Shown: positions 10,353 to 20,047, numbered from the stretch's first letter. The stretch: DNA of 64,000 nt from an uncultured Candidatus Saccharibacteria bacterium (GCA_964574655.1 CAZNOH010000001.1:9852-73851), one strand, 5' to 3'. Notes: generated from the letters alone by a model not told the origin. Numbers and translations: made by a program.

Positions 10353-10910
10353 TTAGACTCTTTCTAAATATTCTCCTGTTCTACTGTCTATTGTAACAGA
10401 ATCTCCTTCTTTAACAAAAGGTGGGACTTGAATTTTTTTGCCAGTTTCAAGAGTAGCTTCTTTCATAGTATTGGTTGCAGAATTTCCTTTTACACCTGGC
10501 GCTGTTTCAACAATTTTGAAATCCATTTTGATTGGCAGTTCAATATTGATTGGATCATTATTGTAATAAACAATTTTGACTGTGCCATTTTCTAAAAGTA
10601 AATTTGTTTTGTTGTTTAGAATGTCTTTTGATAAAGAGAATTGCTCGTAGGTTTCGCCATCCATAAAATTATAATTTCCATTGTTTTCATACATATATTG
10701 AGCATCTTTCTTGATGACATCAGACTCTTTTAGGCGGTCACTTTGTTGAAAGGAATGTTCTACTATTTTTCCGGAAATCAAATTTTTTAATTTGGTGAAC
10801 ATCACTGGTCGTCTTTGAGCGTTTTTAACAAATTCTTTTGATAAAACTTCATAAGGATGGTCTTCGTAATCAATAATTGAGCCAATCTTTAGGTCGTTCA
10901 TAGATAGCAT
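10353..10910 (-). CDS. efp: Elongation factor P
   Basis: 185 aa with the three-domain EF-P pattern (KxGKG-like loop region, OB domains), similar throughout to EF-P. Confidence 0.9.
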   Translation of the reverse strand: MLSMNDLKIGSIIDYEDHPYEVLSKEFVKNAQRRPVMFTKLKNLISGKIVEHSFQQSDRLKESDVIKKDAQYMYENNGNYNFMDGETYEQFSLSKDILNNKTNLLLENGTVKIVYYNNDPINIELPIKMDFKIVETAPGVKGNSATNTMKEATLETGKKIQVPPFVKEGDSVTIDSRTGEYLERV

Positions 10911-10974
10911 CGTTTTTTAAGTTAAAAGTAAAAATTTAAAAGTAAAAAGCTGCAAGTAAAAAGTAAAAAAATTA

Positions 10975-12042
10975 CTACTGGCCGATTCTGAAATAAGCGG
11001 TATCTCCGTCTTTTATGATGTATTTTTTTCCCTCTACGCGCATTTTGCCTTTTTCTTTAGCTTTTGTTTCTCCATCTGATGTTATGTAATCGTTGAATGC
11101 AATTATTTCGGCTCTAATAAATTTGTTATAGAAATCAGTGTGAATTCGGCCGGCGGCTTGTTGGGCATTAGAGCCATTTTTTATTGTCCAAGCATGGGTT
11201 TCAGTTGGGCCAGAAGTAAAAAAAGTGATCAAGTTCAAAAGTTCGTAAGATGCTTTAATAAATTTGTTTAGGCTTGTTTCTTTTAGGTTATATTCTTGCA
11301 AATATTCTTTGACTTCTTCGGAAGATAATTGAACCAACTCTGATTCTATTTTGGCAGCGATTGGAATACAAGGTTGTTTTGGGCAATTTATTTCTTTGCC
11401 AATTTCGCTTTCATCAATATTCAAAACATAAAGAATCGGCTTGGTTGTCAAAAGCTGGACATCTTTGATTGATTTTTTTTCATCTTTTTCTAAATTGACA
11501 GTTCTGGCAAGTTCGTTTTTTTCTAAAGCTTGTTTTATTTTATCTAATGCAGAAGCTCTAGCAATTATTTCTTTATCACCTGATTTTGAATTTCTTTTAG
11601 CAAGTTCTAGTAATTTTGTGACTAGATCAAGATCGGCTAAAATCAGTTCTAATTCTACTGTATCGGCATCCTCTTTGGGGTCAATTTTTCCATGAACGTG
11701 GGTAACATTTTTATCTGAAAAATTTCTTAAAACATGCACTATAGCGTCAACTTCTTTGATGTGAGTCAAAAATTTATTACCCAAGCCTTCGCCTTTGTGA
11801 GCGCCCCGAACTAATCCGGCAATATCAACAAATTCAACAACAGCAGGAACAATTTTTGCTGGATGATCAATCTTTACTAATTGATCAATTCTTTCATCAG
11901 GTACGCTAACGATCCCGACATTAGGGTCGATTGTGCAAAAAGGATAGTTAGAAGCATCAACTTGTTTTTTGGTCAAAGCGTTGAAAAGGGTTGACTTGCC
12001 AACATTTGGAAGACCGACGATTCCTACTTTCATATGATACAA
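10975..12042 (-). CDS. ychF: Ribosome-binding ATPase YchF (Obg-family GTPase)
   Basis: G1 motif GIVGLPNVGKSTLFNALT, TGS/YchF C-terminal domain. The start may be the fourth codon (MKVGIV, 12033). Confidence 0.9.
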   Translation of the reverse strand: MYHMKVGIVGLPNVGKSTLFNALTKKQVDASNYPFCTIDPNVGIVSVPDERIDQLVKIDHPAKIVPAVVEFVDIAGLVRGAHKGEGLGNKFLTHIKEVDAIVHVLRNFSDKNVTHVHGKIDPKEDADTVELELILADLDLVTKLLELAKRNSKSGDKEIIARASALDKIKQALEKNELARTVNLEKDEKKSIKDVQLLTTKPILYVLNIDESEIGKEINCPKQPCIPIAAKIESELVQLSSEEVKEYLQEYNLKETSLNKFIKASYELLNLITFFTSGPTETHAWTIKNGSNAQQAAGRIHTDFYNKFIRAEIIAFNDYITSDGETKAKEKGKMRVEGKKYIIKDGDTAYFRIGQ

Positions 12043-12154
12043 ATTATAAACAAATTTATTACAGATTATGGACAGATTACACAGATTATAAACTAAATTT
12101 TAGCTTATTCTCTTGTTTTTTGCAAGGATAAAATAAAAAACGGCGATCGGCCGC

Positions 12155-12931
12155 TTAGGAAAGAGCAACGAAACCTTGGGTTATTTTTTCTGGCGGTAGT
12201 TCCAGAAGTGTGCTAGCTAAATTTGATTGATTGCAGTTTAGTGAATTTTTAAAACTATCAAGCCAATGGGTTGCAAATCGAGAGGTTTTTATAAAGTGAT
12301 AGGCAATTAGATCGCAGAGAAATTCGATATCTTCGTGAGTCAAAGCAAAAGAATTATTTTCGTGCAACCAAGCATGGAAAAGTTCGTGGACAAAAATAGC
12401 AATAAATTGTTCTTTAGGCAGGCCGAAAAGGATAAAGATTTTGTGGCAGGAAATTGTTTTTTTCCCATTGGGGAAAACTTGAAATTGAGTTTGGCATTGG
12501 CCTAGAACTGTTTTGCTAATAACGCCATTGTGTTTTCTTAATTTTAATAATGTATTTAGATCAACTATTTCATAAGAGAGCGGTTTTCTGACGACTATTT
12601 TCCATTGAGATAAGATTTTGAAAACAAAGTTAATAATTGATTGATCTAAAATATAAATGGCATTGGAAAAACAGTTTGAACAGACAAGGCGATGATCTGA
12701 TAATGGGAATGTAGTTTTTTCATCTAGCTGTTTGGTGCAAGAAAAACAGCAGAGATTTGGTTTATAACAGGTTTCGCAGACATTGCCCCAATCTGTTTTG
12801 AGAAAAGATGTGGTGACTGGTTGATGGCAAACAATGCATTTTGGCGCTTGATGGTTTCGACAAAAAATACAAAATTTTCTATCTTCAATTCGATAGATTG
12901 TGTTTACTTCCATACCGCAGTCGCAACGCAT
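12155..12931 (-). CDS. DA1-like zinc metallopeptidase with three N-terminal LIM-like/zinc-ribbon CxxC pairs
   Basis: N-terminus has repeated CxxC...CxxC pairs (CDCG...CIFC, CIVC...CETC, CFSC...CSNC). C-terminus has HELFHAWLHE...E, closely resembling the DA1-like peptidase HEMMHAW motif. Confidence 0.5.
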   Translation of the reverse strand: MRCDCGMEVNTIYRIEDRKFCIFCRNHQAPKCIVCHQPVTTSFLKTDWGNVCETCYKPNLCCFSCTKQLDEKTTFPLSDHRLVCSNCFSNAIYILDQSIINFVFKILSQWKIVVRKPLSYEIVDLNTLLKLRKHNGVISKTVLGQCQTQFQVFPNGKKTISCHKIFILFGLPKEQFIAIFVHELFHAWLHENNSFALTHEDIEFLCDLIAYHFIKTSRFATHWLDSFKNSLNCNQSNLASTLLELPPEKITQGFVALS

Positions 12932-13061
12932 GGCTTCCTCCTTTTTTTAAAGAGCGAATTTATGTTTTTAGAATATACTTTTTTTGAGAGGAAAAATATT
13001 GAAAAAGTTAAGAAAATAAAATATGGCTTATTCAAGCCATATTTTTAGTATTTCTTTATAT

Positions 13062-14888
13062 TTAGATTATTTTGTCAATAATGCTTATTTTAAGATCGTC
13101 TAGATTTATTTTTAAATAAAATTTAATTAGAGTTCCGTTGGTTTTTAGATCTAGGTCTTTTTTAGTATATTTTTTAACAAGTTTTTTTAAAGGGCCGATG
13201 ATTTTTCCTTGCATATCATTTCTATTGGTGCTGTAAGAAGAGCGGGGCAATTTATTGCTGGTAATACTGGATTGTTGATTTTCCAATAATATTTTTAATA
13301 TTTCAATGGCTGTTTTTTGGGAAGGAAGTTGTTTGGAAGTCAGAGTTTTGCCTTTGATAAAAATTTTATGATTGATATTATCTAGGAGTAAATCAATTTC
13401 TTCTTTCTTAATTTTTTCTTCCAGCAGTAATTGAATTGATGTTTCAGAGGATGTAAAAGTTTTTTGAATAAGGGTATCTTTTTGGACATATTTTGAATAA
13501 ATTCCTTGCAACCAAGATTGTTCAATTTTTAATCCTTGTTCTTGAGAAGAATTATCCAGCCAAGAGGCAAAATCTAGATTAATATCTGGATTAAATTTGC
13601 TTTTTAATTCTGCAACAATCTGATCAATTTTGTTTCTCAATTGATAGGAATTAGCAACAAACAAAATATCGCCTCGGCGAACGGTGCCGGAGATCTTAGC
13701 AGCAGCTAAAATGTCTTCTTGGCCAGATTTTTTAGCTAGCAATCTAAAAGACGAAATTAAACGATCGCAATTTGGCGAGGAAAGATTAAGGAGGTTGAAG
13801 AGATACTGCTCTTTATTTAATAGTTCGACAAGATTTTTTAGCAAATCGGAAGAGAATCCTTGGCTAAAGATTTTTTTGAAAGCAATATAAGATTGAAAAG
13901 AATTGATGGGCAAGCAATCAGTATATTTATTCCAAAGCTCATTATTTTCTTGGTAAATTTTTCCGATCAGAGTTTTTGATTTGCCTAAATATTTTTTTAG
14001 ATCGATGAAGCAGTTTTGAGAATCCTTAATCAGTTTAGTTTTAAATTCTTTAATTTGAGCTTGTGAATCATGGACATCTCTGTTTTCTCCCGTATAAATT
14101 AGGCCATAGTCAAAAGGCCAAGACCAGCTGGTTAGATGATTGGTTATTTCATCTAATTTAATGATTTGATAAAAGCTGGAATCGATAGAATCAAGCTCTT
14201 CTAATCTAGGCTGATTTTGAGCTGGATTAGATTTGGTTTTTTTGCTGAAAAATAGAACAGGAACAGAAGATGGCAAAATGCTAGTAAGATTGCTGCCGCT
14301 AGCATTTGGAAAAAGAAAGCTTTCCCATTTCCAAATGGTTTTGAAAAGAAAATCAAATTTTAAATCTTTATTTTCTTTTAACTCAAGGCAATTTTTATTT
14401 TTCCAGCTAATAACGTCTTGTTGGTCTAATTTTTGGTTAAGAATCAAAGCACTAGTTAACAAGGCAACTAAAATAGCGCCACTGCCTAAGCCTCTTTCTA
14501 AAGGCAGTTCATTAAGAATATGAATATTAAAACCAATAGGCTTTTTAATTTGGCAAACATCTGTTAAAAATTTAAGGAAATATTTTTCAGTTTTTTCTGT
14601 TAAATACGGATCAAAATCATCCTTGTGGAAGGTTTGTGAATTAGGATCAAAATAAGCATAGCTGGTGATTCTAATGTTTTGTTTTTTATTGGGAATTAGG
14701 CCGACATAAGTTTTGAGAGGCAGATTTTGACGCAAAGTTAATCCGTCGTATTTGACAGCTTGCTCGCCAAACCAAGTGAAAGATCGCGGGGAAGAACAAA
14801 CTAAAGGGCATTGTGAAAAGAAATCTCGGTAGATTTTAGGGAATGTCTTTTGTAAAGACAATGAATTCATTGTAATGCGATTAGCCAT
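13062..14888 (-). CDS. GHMP-kinase family protein, unusually long (608 aa)
   Basis: GHMP motif I-like SPRSFTWFGEQAVKYDG (compare APGKVILFGEHAVVYG) and motif II PLERGLGSGAILVALL (PxGSGLGSSAA-like). The C-terminal ~350 aa match nothing recognisable. Confidence 0.55.
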   Translation of the reverse strand: MANRITMNSLSLQKTFPKIYRDFFSQCPLVCSSPRSFTWFGEQAVKYDGLTLRQNLPLKTYVGLIPNKKQNIRITSYAYFDPNSQTFHKDDFDPYLTEKTEKYFLKFLTDVCQIKKPIGFNIHILNELPLERGLGSGAILVALLTSALILNQKLDQQDVISWKNKNCLELKENKDLKFDFLFKTIWKWESFLFPNASGSNLTSILPSSVPVLFFSKKTKSNPAQNQPRLEELDSIDSSFYQIIKLDEITNHLTSWSWPFDYGLIYTGENRDVHDSQAQIKEFKTKLIKDSQNCFIDLKKYLGKSKTLIGKIYQENNELWNKYTDCLPINSFQSYIAFKKIFSQGFSSDLLKNLVELLNKEQYLFNLLNLSSPNCDRLISSFRLLAKKSGQEDILAAAKISGTVRRGDILFVANSYQLRNKIDQIVAELKSKFNPDINLDFASWLDNSSQEQGLKIEQSWLQGIYSKYVQKDTLIQKTFTSSETSIQLLLEEKIKKEEIDLLLDNINHKIFIKGKTLTSKQLPSQKTAIEILKILLENQQSSITSNKLPRSSYSTNRNDMQGKIIGPLKKLVKKYTKKDLDLKTNGTLIKFYLKINLDDLKISIIDKII

Positions 14889-14949
14889 AGGTTTGTTTAA
14901 GTTCGAGTTATTATAACAGAAAACTTATTTTTTTGCAAGGGATTTTGTC

Positions 14950-14978
14950 TTGACAATATTGTTTTTCTTAATTATAGT
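14950..14978 (+). promoter_or_regulatory. Putative promoter TTGACA-N17-TATAGT for the P-loop kinase-like gene
   Basis: Consensus -35, 17-nt spacer, then a leader containing GATTGTTCTTTGACAAAG and the SD. Confidence 0.5.
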
Positions 14979-15030
14979 AAAAAGAAATATTGATTGTTCT
15001 TTGACAAAGACAAAGAAAGGAGGGAAGGCA

Positions 15031-16080
15031 ATGGTAATGGAAAATCTGATGCCTGAACAAGAAAAAGTAAAATTGGAACCATTAACAGCTTGGATGATGC
15101 GGGAACGGCGAGATTTTATAGCCAAATCTTCTTTGGCAGTGAGAGCTTTAGTTGTAGAGTTTTTGGGAATGGGCGGTTGTTGGAAAAGCACTTTGATCAA
15201 TGAATTGGTAACAAAATATTTCTATCCATTTGGCATTGAATTAGTGACTTATGAAGAGCCTGATAAAAAGATTCCGGAAGTTTCTCGAGAAAGGGAGCCA
15301 AAGAAGTTTCGCATCGCTACATATAGAAGAACTTTGGCTAATCTTGATGAAGCTTTGGGTTCAGTAAAAGATTTGGCTTTGTTTGATCGCGGACTTTTTG
15401 ATTTTATTGTTTGGTTTAATTTGGATTTTACCGGAGGGCTGTTGAGCGAAGAAGAATGCAGAAGAGGCATTGCTGATATCATGTTGCGTGGTTACGGAAA
15501 GGTTGACTTGATGTTTGTACATACAGATCAGGTTGCTTCTTGCTTGAAAAGCACTCCATCAATGGGTTCAACATCTTTAATGGATTCTTTTTATCTGTCT
15601 CGGCGGAATGCAGGAGAAAGGCAAATTCGTTTCCAGCTTTATCAAAGAATGTACCAAGAAATGTTTTTGGGCGATGAAAAAAAGTTAGTCAAAAAGGCTG
15701 TCAAATTTATGTTTGACATGAATTTGGGAAAGTTTAATCGTAATTTTGCTGAAGTTTTTTGGCAGGCAGTAGTGCTGATTGATCTGTATCTGGTCTTTCA
15801 GACTTGGGAAAGCCTTTTCTTGGATCGTTTTGGAGATGAATTGAAGCAAAATGAGCGCACATCTGATTTGGAAAAAAGGATTATGAAGTTAGGCGAGGCC
15901 TTGTTTTCGTCGCTAGAGCATTTGCGGAGGATTAAAGTTTATGAATTGCATGCAGATATAGTAAAGATCTTGGATTCATACGCGCAGACAGAATTTGTTA
16001 TTGCTCGGTGCGATGGATGGCGGGTGGTGGTTTCGGATATTTTCGGGTCTCCGCCAAAGTTTCGTATCTTGGAAGGTTAA
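15031..16080 (+). CDS. P-loop NTPase, deoxynucleoside/nucleotide-kinase-like
   Basis: Walker A-like VVEFLGMGGCWKSTLINEL followed by a DRGLFD motif. The start is set at the ATG 8 nt after AAAGGAGGG; the in-frame upstream Met at 14950 lies inside the promoter/leader. Confidence 0.45.
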   Translation: MVMENLMPEQEKVKLEPLTAWMMRERRDFIAKSSLAVRALVVEFLGMGGCWKSTLINELVTKYFYPFGIELVTYEEPDKKIPEVSREREPKKFRIATYRRTLANLDEALGSVKDLALFDRGLFDFIVWFNLDFTGGLLSEEECRRGIADIMLRGYGKVDLMFVHTDQVASCLKSTPSMGSTSLMDSFYLSRRNAGERQIRFQLYQRMYQEMFLGDEKKLVKKAVKFMFDMNLGKFNRNFAEVFWQAVVLIDLYLVFQTWESLFLDRFGDELKQNERTSDLEKRIMKLGEALFSSLEHLRRIKVYELHADIVKILDSYAQTEFVIARCDGWRVVVSDIFGSPPKFRILEG

Positions 16081-16105
16081 CTCCTCTTTTTGGGGAGTTT
16101 TTTAT
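16079..16105 (+). terminator. Terminator after the kinase-like gene
   Basis: AACTCCTCTTTTTGGGGAGTT followed by a T-run. It is near-identical to the terminator at 18470. Confidence 0.65.
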
Positions 16106-16185
16106 TGACAAAAAGTAATTATTTTATTATTATTGAGTAAGTTCTTTTATTGAGCGAGTTCTTTCAAAACTAGGAGGAGGAAGAA

Positions 16186-16986
16186 ATGGATGAAAAAAAG
16201 ACATTTAAGGTTGTATTGCCTTCGGGTGATGTGAAGGTTTGGGAATTTGATATTAAAACAAAGCCAAGTGAAGGATTGAATCAAAAAGCAGGAATTGGGA
16301 ATTTATTTTTTAAGTTTGGGAAGATAGCAGGAAAGATAATAGGATTATTTTTCTATTGGTTGGGACATGGATTTGTGTTGATGTTTAAGAAAATTCTAAA
16401 GGCGATTTCTGTCTTTGCAATATTGATTAAAAAAGTAGTGAAAAGAATTTATAGAAAAATGGAATTTCATGGTTTTTTGAGAGTCTTTTTGAATTTCTTT
16501 GTTTTGTTTATTTTAGGATTGGTCAGTTTTTGTTATTGGAAATGGCTAGTTCCTTGGATTCTGTCTGTTGAAGAGATAGCTTATCGTCATTCTGCAACTG
16601 TGTATTTTATTTATTTAGGGGTGTGTTTGTTAGTGACACTTGTATGGCTTTTTAGAAATCTGAATTCAAAAAAACGTAGTGAAATTACAGTTTTATATCT
16701 TGCTTTGATCTTGATTGTAATAGCAATAGCAATGTCAGGTTTTTTTGCTTTTCTAGCAATATCATTTTCTATTTATATCTTTGAAAATGTTGTTTTATCA
16801 GCGATTGTTCATGGGATTTTGCTCCTTTTAGCGATGATATTTGGTATTAGAGAAGCTGAATGGTTAAAACCGGATAAAAAAGAACAACTTGTAATGATTG
16901 ATAGAAACTTAATTGGATTGAAGCGTTTTGCCTCAGATAGCTTAAGAAAATTGGAAAGAATTGAGAAAGAACGTTCAAAAAAATAA
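16186..16986 (+). CDS. Paralog-family protein P1 (conserved N-terminal module MDEKKTFKVVLPSGDVKVWEF, polytopic membrane protein)
   Basis: N-terminal module shared with six downstream paralogs, at least five hydrophobic helices, strong SD AGGAGGAGG, leader motif GTTCTTTCAAAA. Confidence 0.6.
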   Translation: MDEKKTFKVVLPSGDVKVWEFDIKTKPSEGLNQKAGIGNLFFKFGKIAGKIIGLFFYWLGHGFVLMFKKILKAISVFAILIKKVVKRIYRKMEFHGFLRVFLNFFVLFILGLVSFCYWKWLVPWILSVEEIAYRHSATVYFIYLGVCLLVTLVWLFRNLNSKKRSEITVLYLALILIVIAIAMSGFFAFLAISFSIYIFENVVLSAIVHGILLLLAMIFGIREAEWLKPDKKEQLVMIDRNLIGLKRFASDSLRKLERIEKERSKK

Positions 16987-16993
16987 ATTTTAG

Positions 16994-17021
16994 TCCCAAT
17001 AAACAAGATTGGGATTTTTTC
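16994..17021 (+). terminator. Terminator after P1
   Basis: TCCCAAT-AAACAAG-ATTGGGA followed by TTTTTT. Confidence 0.7.
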
Positions 17022-17093
17022 TTAATTTTTTCTCTAGTAAAAAGTTTTAATAGTTAGATAATGGAGTTGTTCTTTGACAAAAAGGAGGAGAAA

Positions 17094-18452
17094 ATGAGCA
17101 AGTCTGTAGTACCGATTATTTTGCAGTCCATGAGACATGAGCAGGATTTATTTAAATGGAATCCAGAATTTGATTTGAATGTAGTTAATTTTGATCAGTT
17201 TAACAGGCCTTACATTAGGCAAAGAGGCAATGATGATCATGAGACTAGTTTTGTTCAAGTTTTGGATGACAGTGGAAAATTGGTAAAGTATGGTTTTGTG
17301 AAGGCAATTAAGGAAAGTTTTTCTGATTTTACAAAGACACTTTTAGGAGCTGGATCGCAGATGGCAAGGATTGTGTTTGATAAAGATAACCATGCTTATA
17401 CTTTAGTACGAATTGCTTGTGGCTTGGGAACGAAAGAAGTCCAGATAGGTTTGTTGCTTTATTCAAGAGATCAATGCAGAACTTGGCAAGTTTATAAGTT
17501 GCCGATTAATGGTGTGGCAACGATGGAATATTTTACCGGACATAATCAGATTAATGGACCGCCAATGATTGCTGTTTTTGAGAAAACAAAGGTGAAGGTG
17601 GCAAAATGGGCGACAATTCATAAATTATATGTTGTGGTGGTTAAAAAAACTAAGACAGGTCTTGAGTTTGAGCAGATAATAAAAGTGACAGAGAAATCTT
17701 TTGGTCTTTCAGCGCATTCTGGTGGGGCATCAGTCTTGGCTAGTTTAGATAGTAAAACGTATGTTATTTGGACAGAAGTAACTAATAACCCTAGTCATTT
17801 GGGATCGCCGACATTTGTAGCGACTTTTGATCATAGTTCCAAGAGATTAATCAATAAATCATTTGTTGGTTGTACATCAAAGCCGAAAAATGATATGCAC
17901 AATACTCCAGGGATTTGTTTGGATAGCCGAGGATTTTTAAATGTAATGCTTGGAGCGCACGCTGGTAGTTTTTTTTATGGCAGGAGCCAGATTTCTAACT
18001 CAGTAGAAAGAGGATGGACTTTGTTGCATGAAACATATTCGTCTGTCGGTCAAACTTATATTGCTTTGGTTTGTGATCAGGTAGATAATTTACATCTTGT
18101 TTTTCGGGATCATAGATATGGCAAAAGAGATTTTCACGCTAGCCATTTTCATTATTGCGCGCTTTGTTATCAAAGAATGTTAAAAGACGGATATTGGGAA
18201 GTTTCAAGACTATTGGTTGTGCCGCCATTGCCAGATTACAGCATCTATTATCATCAGTTGTCGATTGATCGATTAGGAAGATTGTTTTTATCTTACAATT
18301 ACTATAGCGAAAGTGAACCATACAAGAGTTGGATTGAGAAAAATGGCAGATATAATAAGAAATTTCGCGCTATGCTTTTTAGTGGAGATGGCGGTATGAC
18401 TTGGCAAATGGCGACAACGAGAATTTTTTTGGATGGATTTGTGAAGACTTGA
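17094..18452 (+). CDS. Hypothetical protein with two BNR/Asp-box-like motifs (possible beta-propeller)
   Basis: SRDQCRTW and SGDGGMTW match SxDxGxTW. SD AAAGGAGGAG and leader motif TTGTTCTTTGACAAA. The upstream in-frame Met at 17061 is in the leader. Confidence 0.4.
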   Translation: MSKSVVPIILQSMRHEQDLFKWNPEFDLNVVNFDQFNRPYIRQRGNDDHETSFVQVLDDSGKLVKYGFVKAIKESFSDFTKTLLGAGSQMARIVFDKDNHAYTLVRIACGLGTKEVQIGLLLYSRDQCRTWQVYKLPINGVATMEYFTGHNQINGPPMIAVFEKTKVKVAKWATIHKLYVVVVKKTKTGLEFEQIIKVTEKSFGLSAHSGGASVLASLDSKTYVIWTEVTNNPSHLGSPTFVATFDHSSKRLINKSFVGCTSKPKNDMHNTPGICLDSRGFLNVMLGAHAGSFFYGRSQISNSVERGWTLLHETYSSVGQTYIALVCDQVDNLHLVFRDHRYGKRDFHASHFHYCALCYQRMLKDGYWEVSRLLVVPPLPDYSIYYHQLSIDRLGRLFLSYNYYSESEPYKSWIEKNGRYNKKFRAMLFSGDGGMTWQMATTRIFLDGFVKT

Positions 18453-18469
18453 ACTTTGTTAGCTAGGTT

Positions 18470-18497
18470 AACTCTTCTTTTGGGGAGTTTTTTTATT
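18470..18497 (+). terminator. Terminator after the 17094 gene
   Basis: AACTCTTCTTTTGGGGAGTT followed by a T-run; a duplicate of the 16079 terminator. Confidence 0.65.
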
Positions 18498-18627
18498 TTT
18501 CCTAGTTTTTTCAATTTTTTTCTTTTTGATAAGAGATAATAATGAAAGTGGAAAGTAAAAGATAGGACTTTACAACTAGGACATGATCCGCTTTCGCTAA
18601 AGCTACGGCGGACAAAGGAGAACAGCC

Positions 18628-19653
18628 ATGAAGAATATCGGATCAAAATTGTTTGTGCTACTGGGGATGCTTTTGATCGTTATTGGAGCAATTTCGCTTT
18701 TGGTAGCAATTCTTTACGGCAAGTATTTTGCTTTTTTGGCCTTGTATCCTGATTTGGTAGATATGGTGGCGGATTTTGGAGTTAATATTTATCTGTCAAG
18801 AATTGTAGCAGTCTTTGTAACGATTGGATTGTGGGTAGCGATTTTCAAATTCTTGTTGAGCTTCAGCCAGAAAAAGAGAGAAATTGGTTTTTTCATTTTG
18901 TTAGGATTGTTTGTTCTGCATACCTTTTGTTTGTATATTATTAATTTGAATCGGTCTGTTTCTGTTGATGGGCAGGTGGGATTTTGCACGCGAGACCAAA
19001 TTACTGGACGAGTGGAATATTTCGATCGGTCTTTGTATGATGCTTCTGGCCAGAAAGCGGAAAAATGCACAAAAGATGAAATTCGGCAGCTCCGTGTTCA
19101 GGATAAATATCCCAATAATGAGATTCCTTTGATAGCGATTGGCAACTGGTTTGATGAGAATGGTAGTTCGTTGGTTTATTACTATAAAGATAGTCAAGGC
19201 GTACTTCATTTTCGTTATATGGGAGGTTTTGCTCAAACAGGAGAGATGTGGCAACAGGTAACAAAGGAAGTGCTTGGAAAAATCAGTCCAAATTTGCAGT
19301 CGCAGTTTCAGCAAACGAAAGGTGATGTTGTATTGAGGCATAATTTTGATGATCGACCGAATTTAAAGACTCTGTATAGAAATTCTTTGGCGGGATATCT
19401 GATTTTCTTTGTCTTTCTGAATATTGTTTTTTGGGTGGTGTTTTTGAAGATAGCAAGTCTTTCTTTTGGTACGAGGGCTAGTTTAATAGGTTTGGCTGGT
19501 TTGGTTAATCTGGTTGGTTTTTGCGGTATTGATTATGCATCAAGTTGGTCAGGATTGGCAGTTGCGGTTTTAATGATCAGCTTGGCATCGCCGTTTGTAA
19601 TTTCTTTCGTCAAAGGTTTCTGGACAGGAATGAGAGAGAGCAGGCCCGTCTAA
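18628..19653 (+). CDS. Membrane protein, unknown function
   Basis: N- and C-terminal TM clusters flank a ~170 aa hydrophilic domain. SD AAAGGAGAACAGCC precedes the ATG. Confidence 0.55.
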   Translation: MKNIGSKLFVLLGMLLIVIGAISLLVAILYGKYFAFLALYPDLVDMVADFGVNIYLSRIVAVFVTIGLWVAIFKFLLSFSQKKREIGFFILLGLFVLHTFCLYIINLNRSVSVDGQVGFCTRDQITGRVEYFDRSLYDASGQKAEKCTKDEIRQLRVQDKYPNNEIPLIAIGNWFDENGSSLVYYYKDSQGVLHFRYMGGFAQTGEMWQQVTKEVLGKISPNLQSQFQQTKGDVVLRHNFDDRPNLKTLYRNSLAGYLIFFVFLNIVFWVVFLKIASLSFGTRASLIGLAGLVNLVGFCGIDYASSWSGLAVAVLMISLASPFVISFVKGFWTGMRESRPV

Positions 19654-19696
19654 TTAAGGGCGGGAGGTCAACCAACTGGAAGAGGAGGAGACGGTC

Positions 19697-19927
19697 ATGA
19701 CAGGATACACAATCGCAATGTTGATTACTGGCGGGATTTTGCTGATTGTCGGTGTTTTGATTGTAACAGGCGTTTGGAATCCATTTTCTAAGAAGGATGC
19801 AGATGGCAAGAAGGAGCCGTTGTCCCGAAAGGAAAAAGGGATGGTGGCAGGCTTCTTTGCAATGCTGATTCTGGCAATCGTGAATTTCTTCTACGCCATT
19901 TTTCCGATGCAGAAGCGAAAGTCCTAA
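19697..19927 (+). CDS. Small 2-TM protein (paralog of 28448..28696)
   Basis: 76 aa with two hydrophobic helices, shares the W-x-PF...K-x-PL-x-KEK pattern with the 28448 ORF, SD GAGGAGGAG, followed by terminator hairpin CCCGA/TCGGG. Confidence 0.55.
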   Translation: MTGYTIAMLITGGILLIVGVLIVTGVWNPFSKKDADGKKEPLSRKEKGMVAGFFAMLILAIVNFFYAIFPMQKRKS

Positions 19928-19945
19928 AATATCATTCGTTCATTC

Positions 19946-19969
19946 ATCCCGATTTATTCGGGATTTTTA
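19946..19969 (+). terminator. Terminator after the small 2-TM gene
   Basis: CCCGA-TTTAT-TCGGG followed by ATTTTTAT. Confidence 0.55.
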
Positions 19970-20047
19970 TTTAATTGACAATAAGATTCTTTTATACTAT
20001 GTTGGAGAGAATGTTCTTTTCAAAATAGAAGAAAGGAGGAAAAAAGG

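Noticed and set aside
12821-13048. 75-aa ORF on the plus strand
   Set aside because: It overlaps the 5' end of the DA1-like gene on the opposite strand and an AT-rich intergenic stretch. It has no SD, and its product is low-complexity.
14950-15030. In-frame upstream Met codons extending the island ORFs (14950, 17061, 20899, 21693, 22949, 24093, 25376, 27308, 40639, 43319, 45081, 62673)
   Set aside because: The extensions read through promoter, leader motif and SD. A strong SD sits at ideal spacing before an internal ATG, and the paralog N-termini align only from that internal Met.
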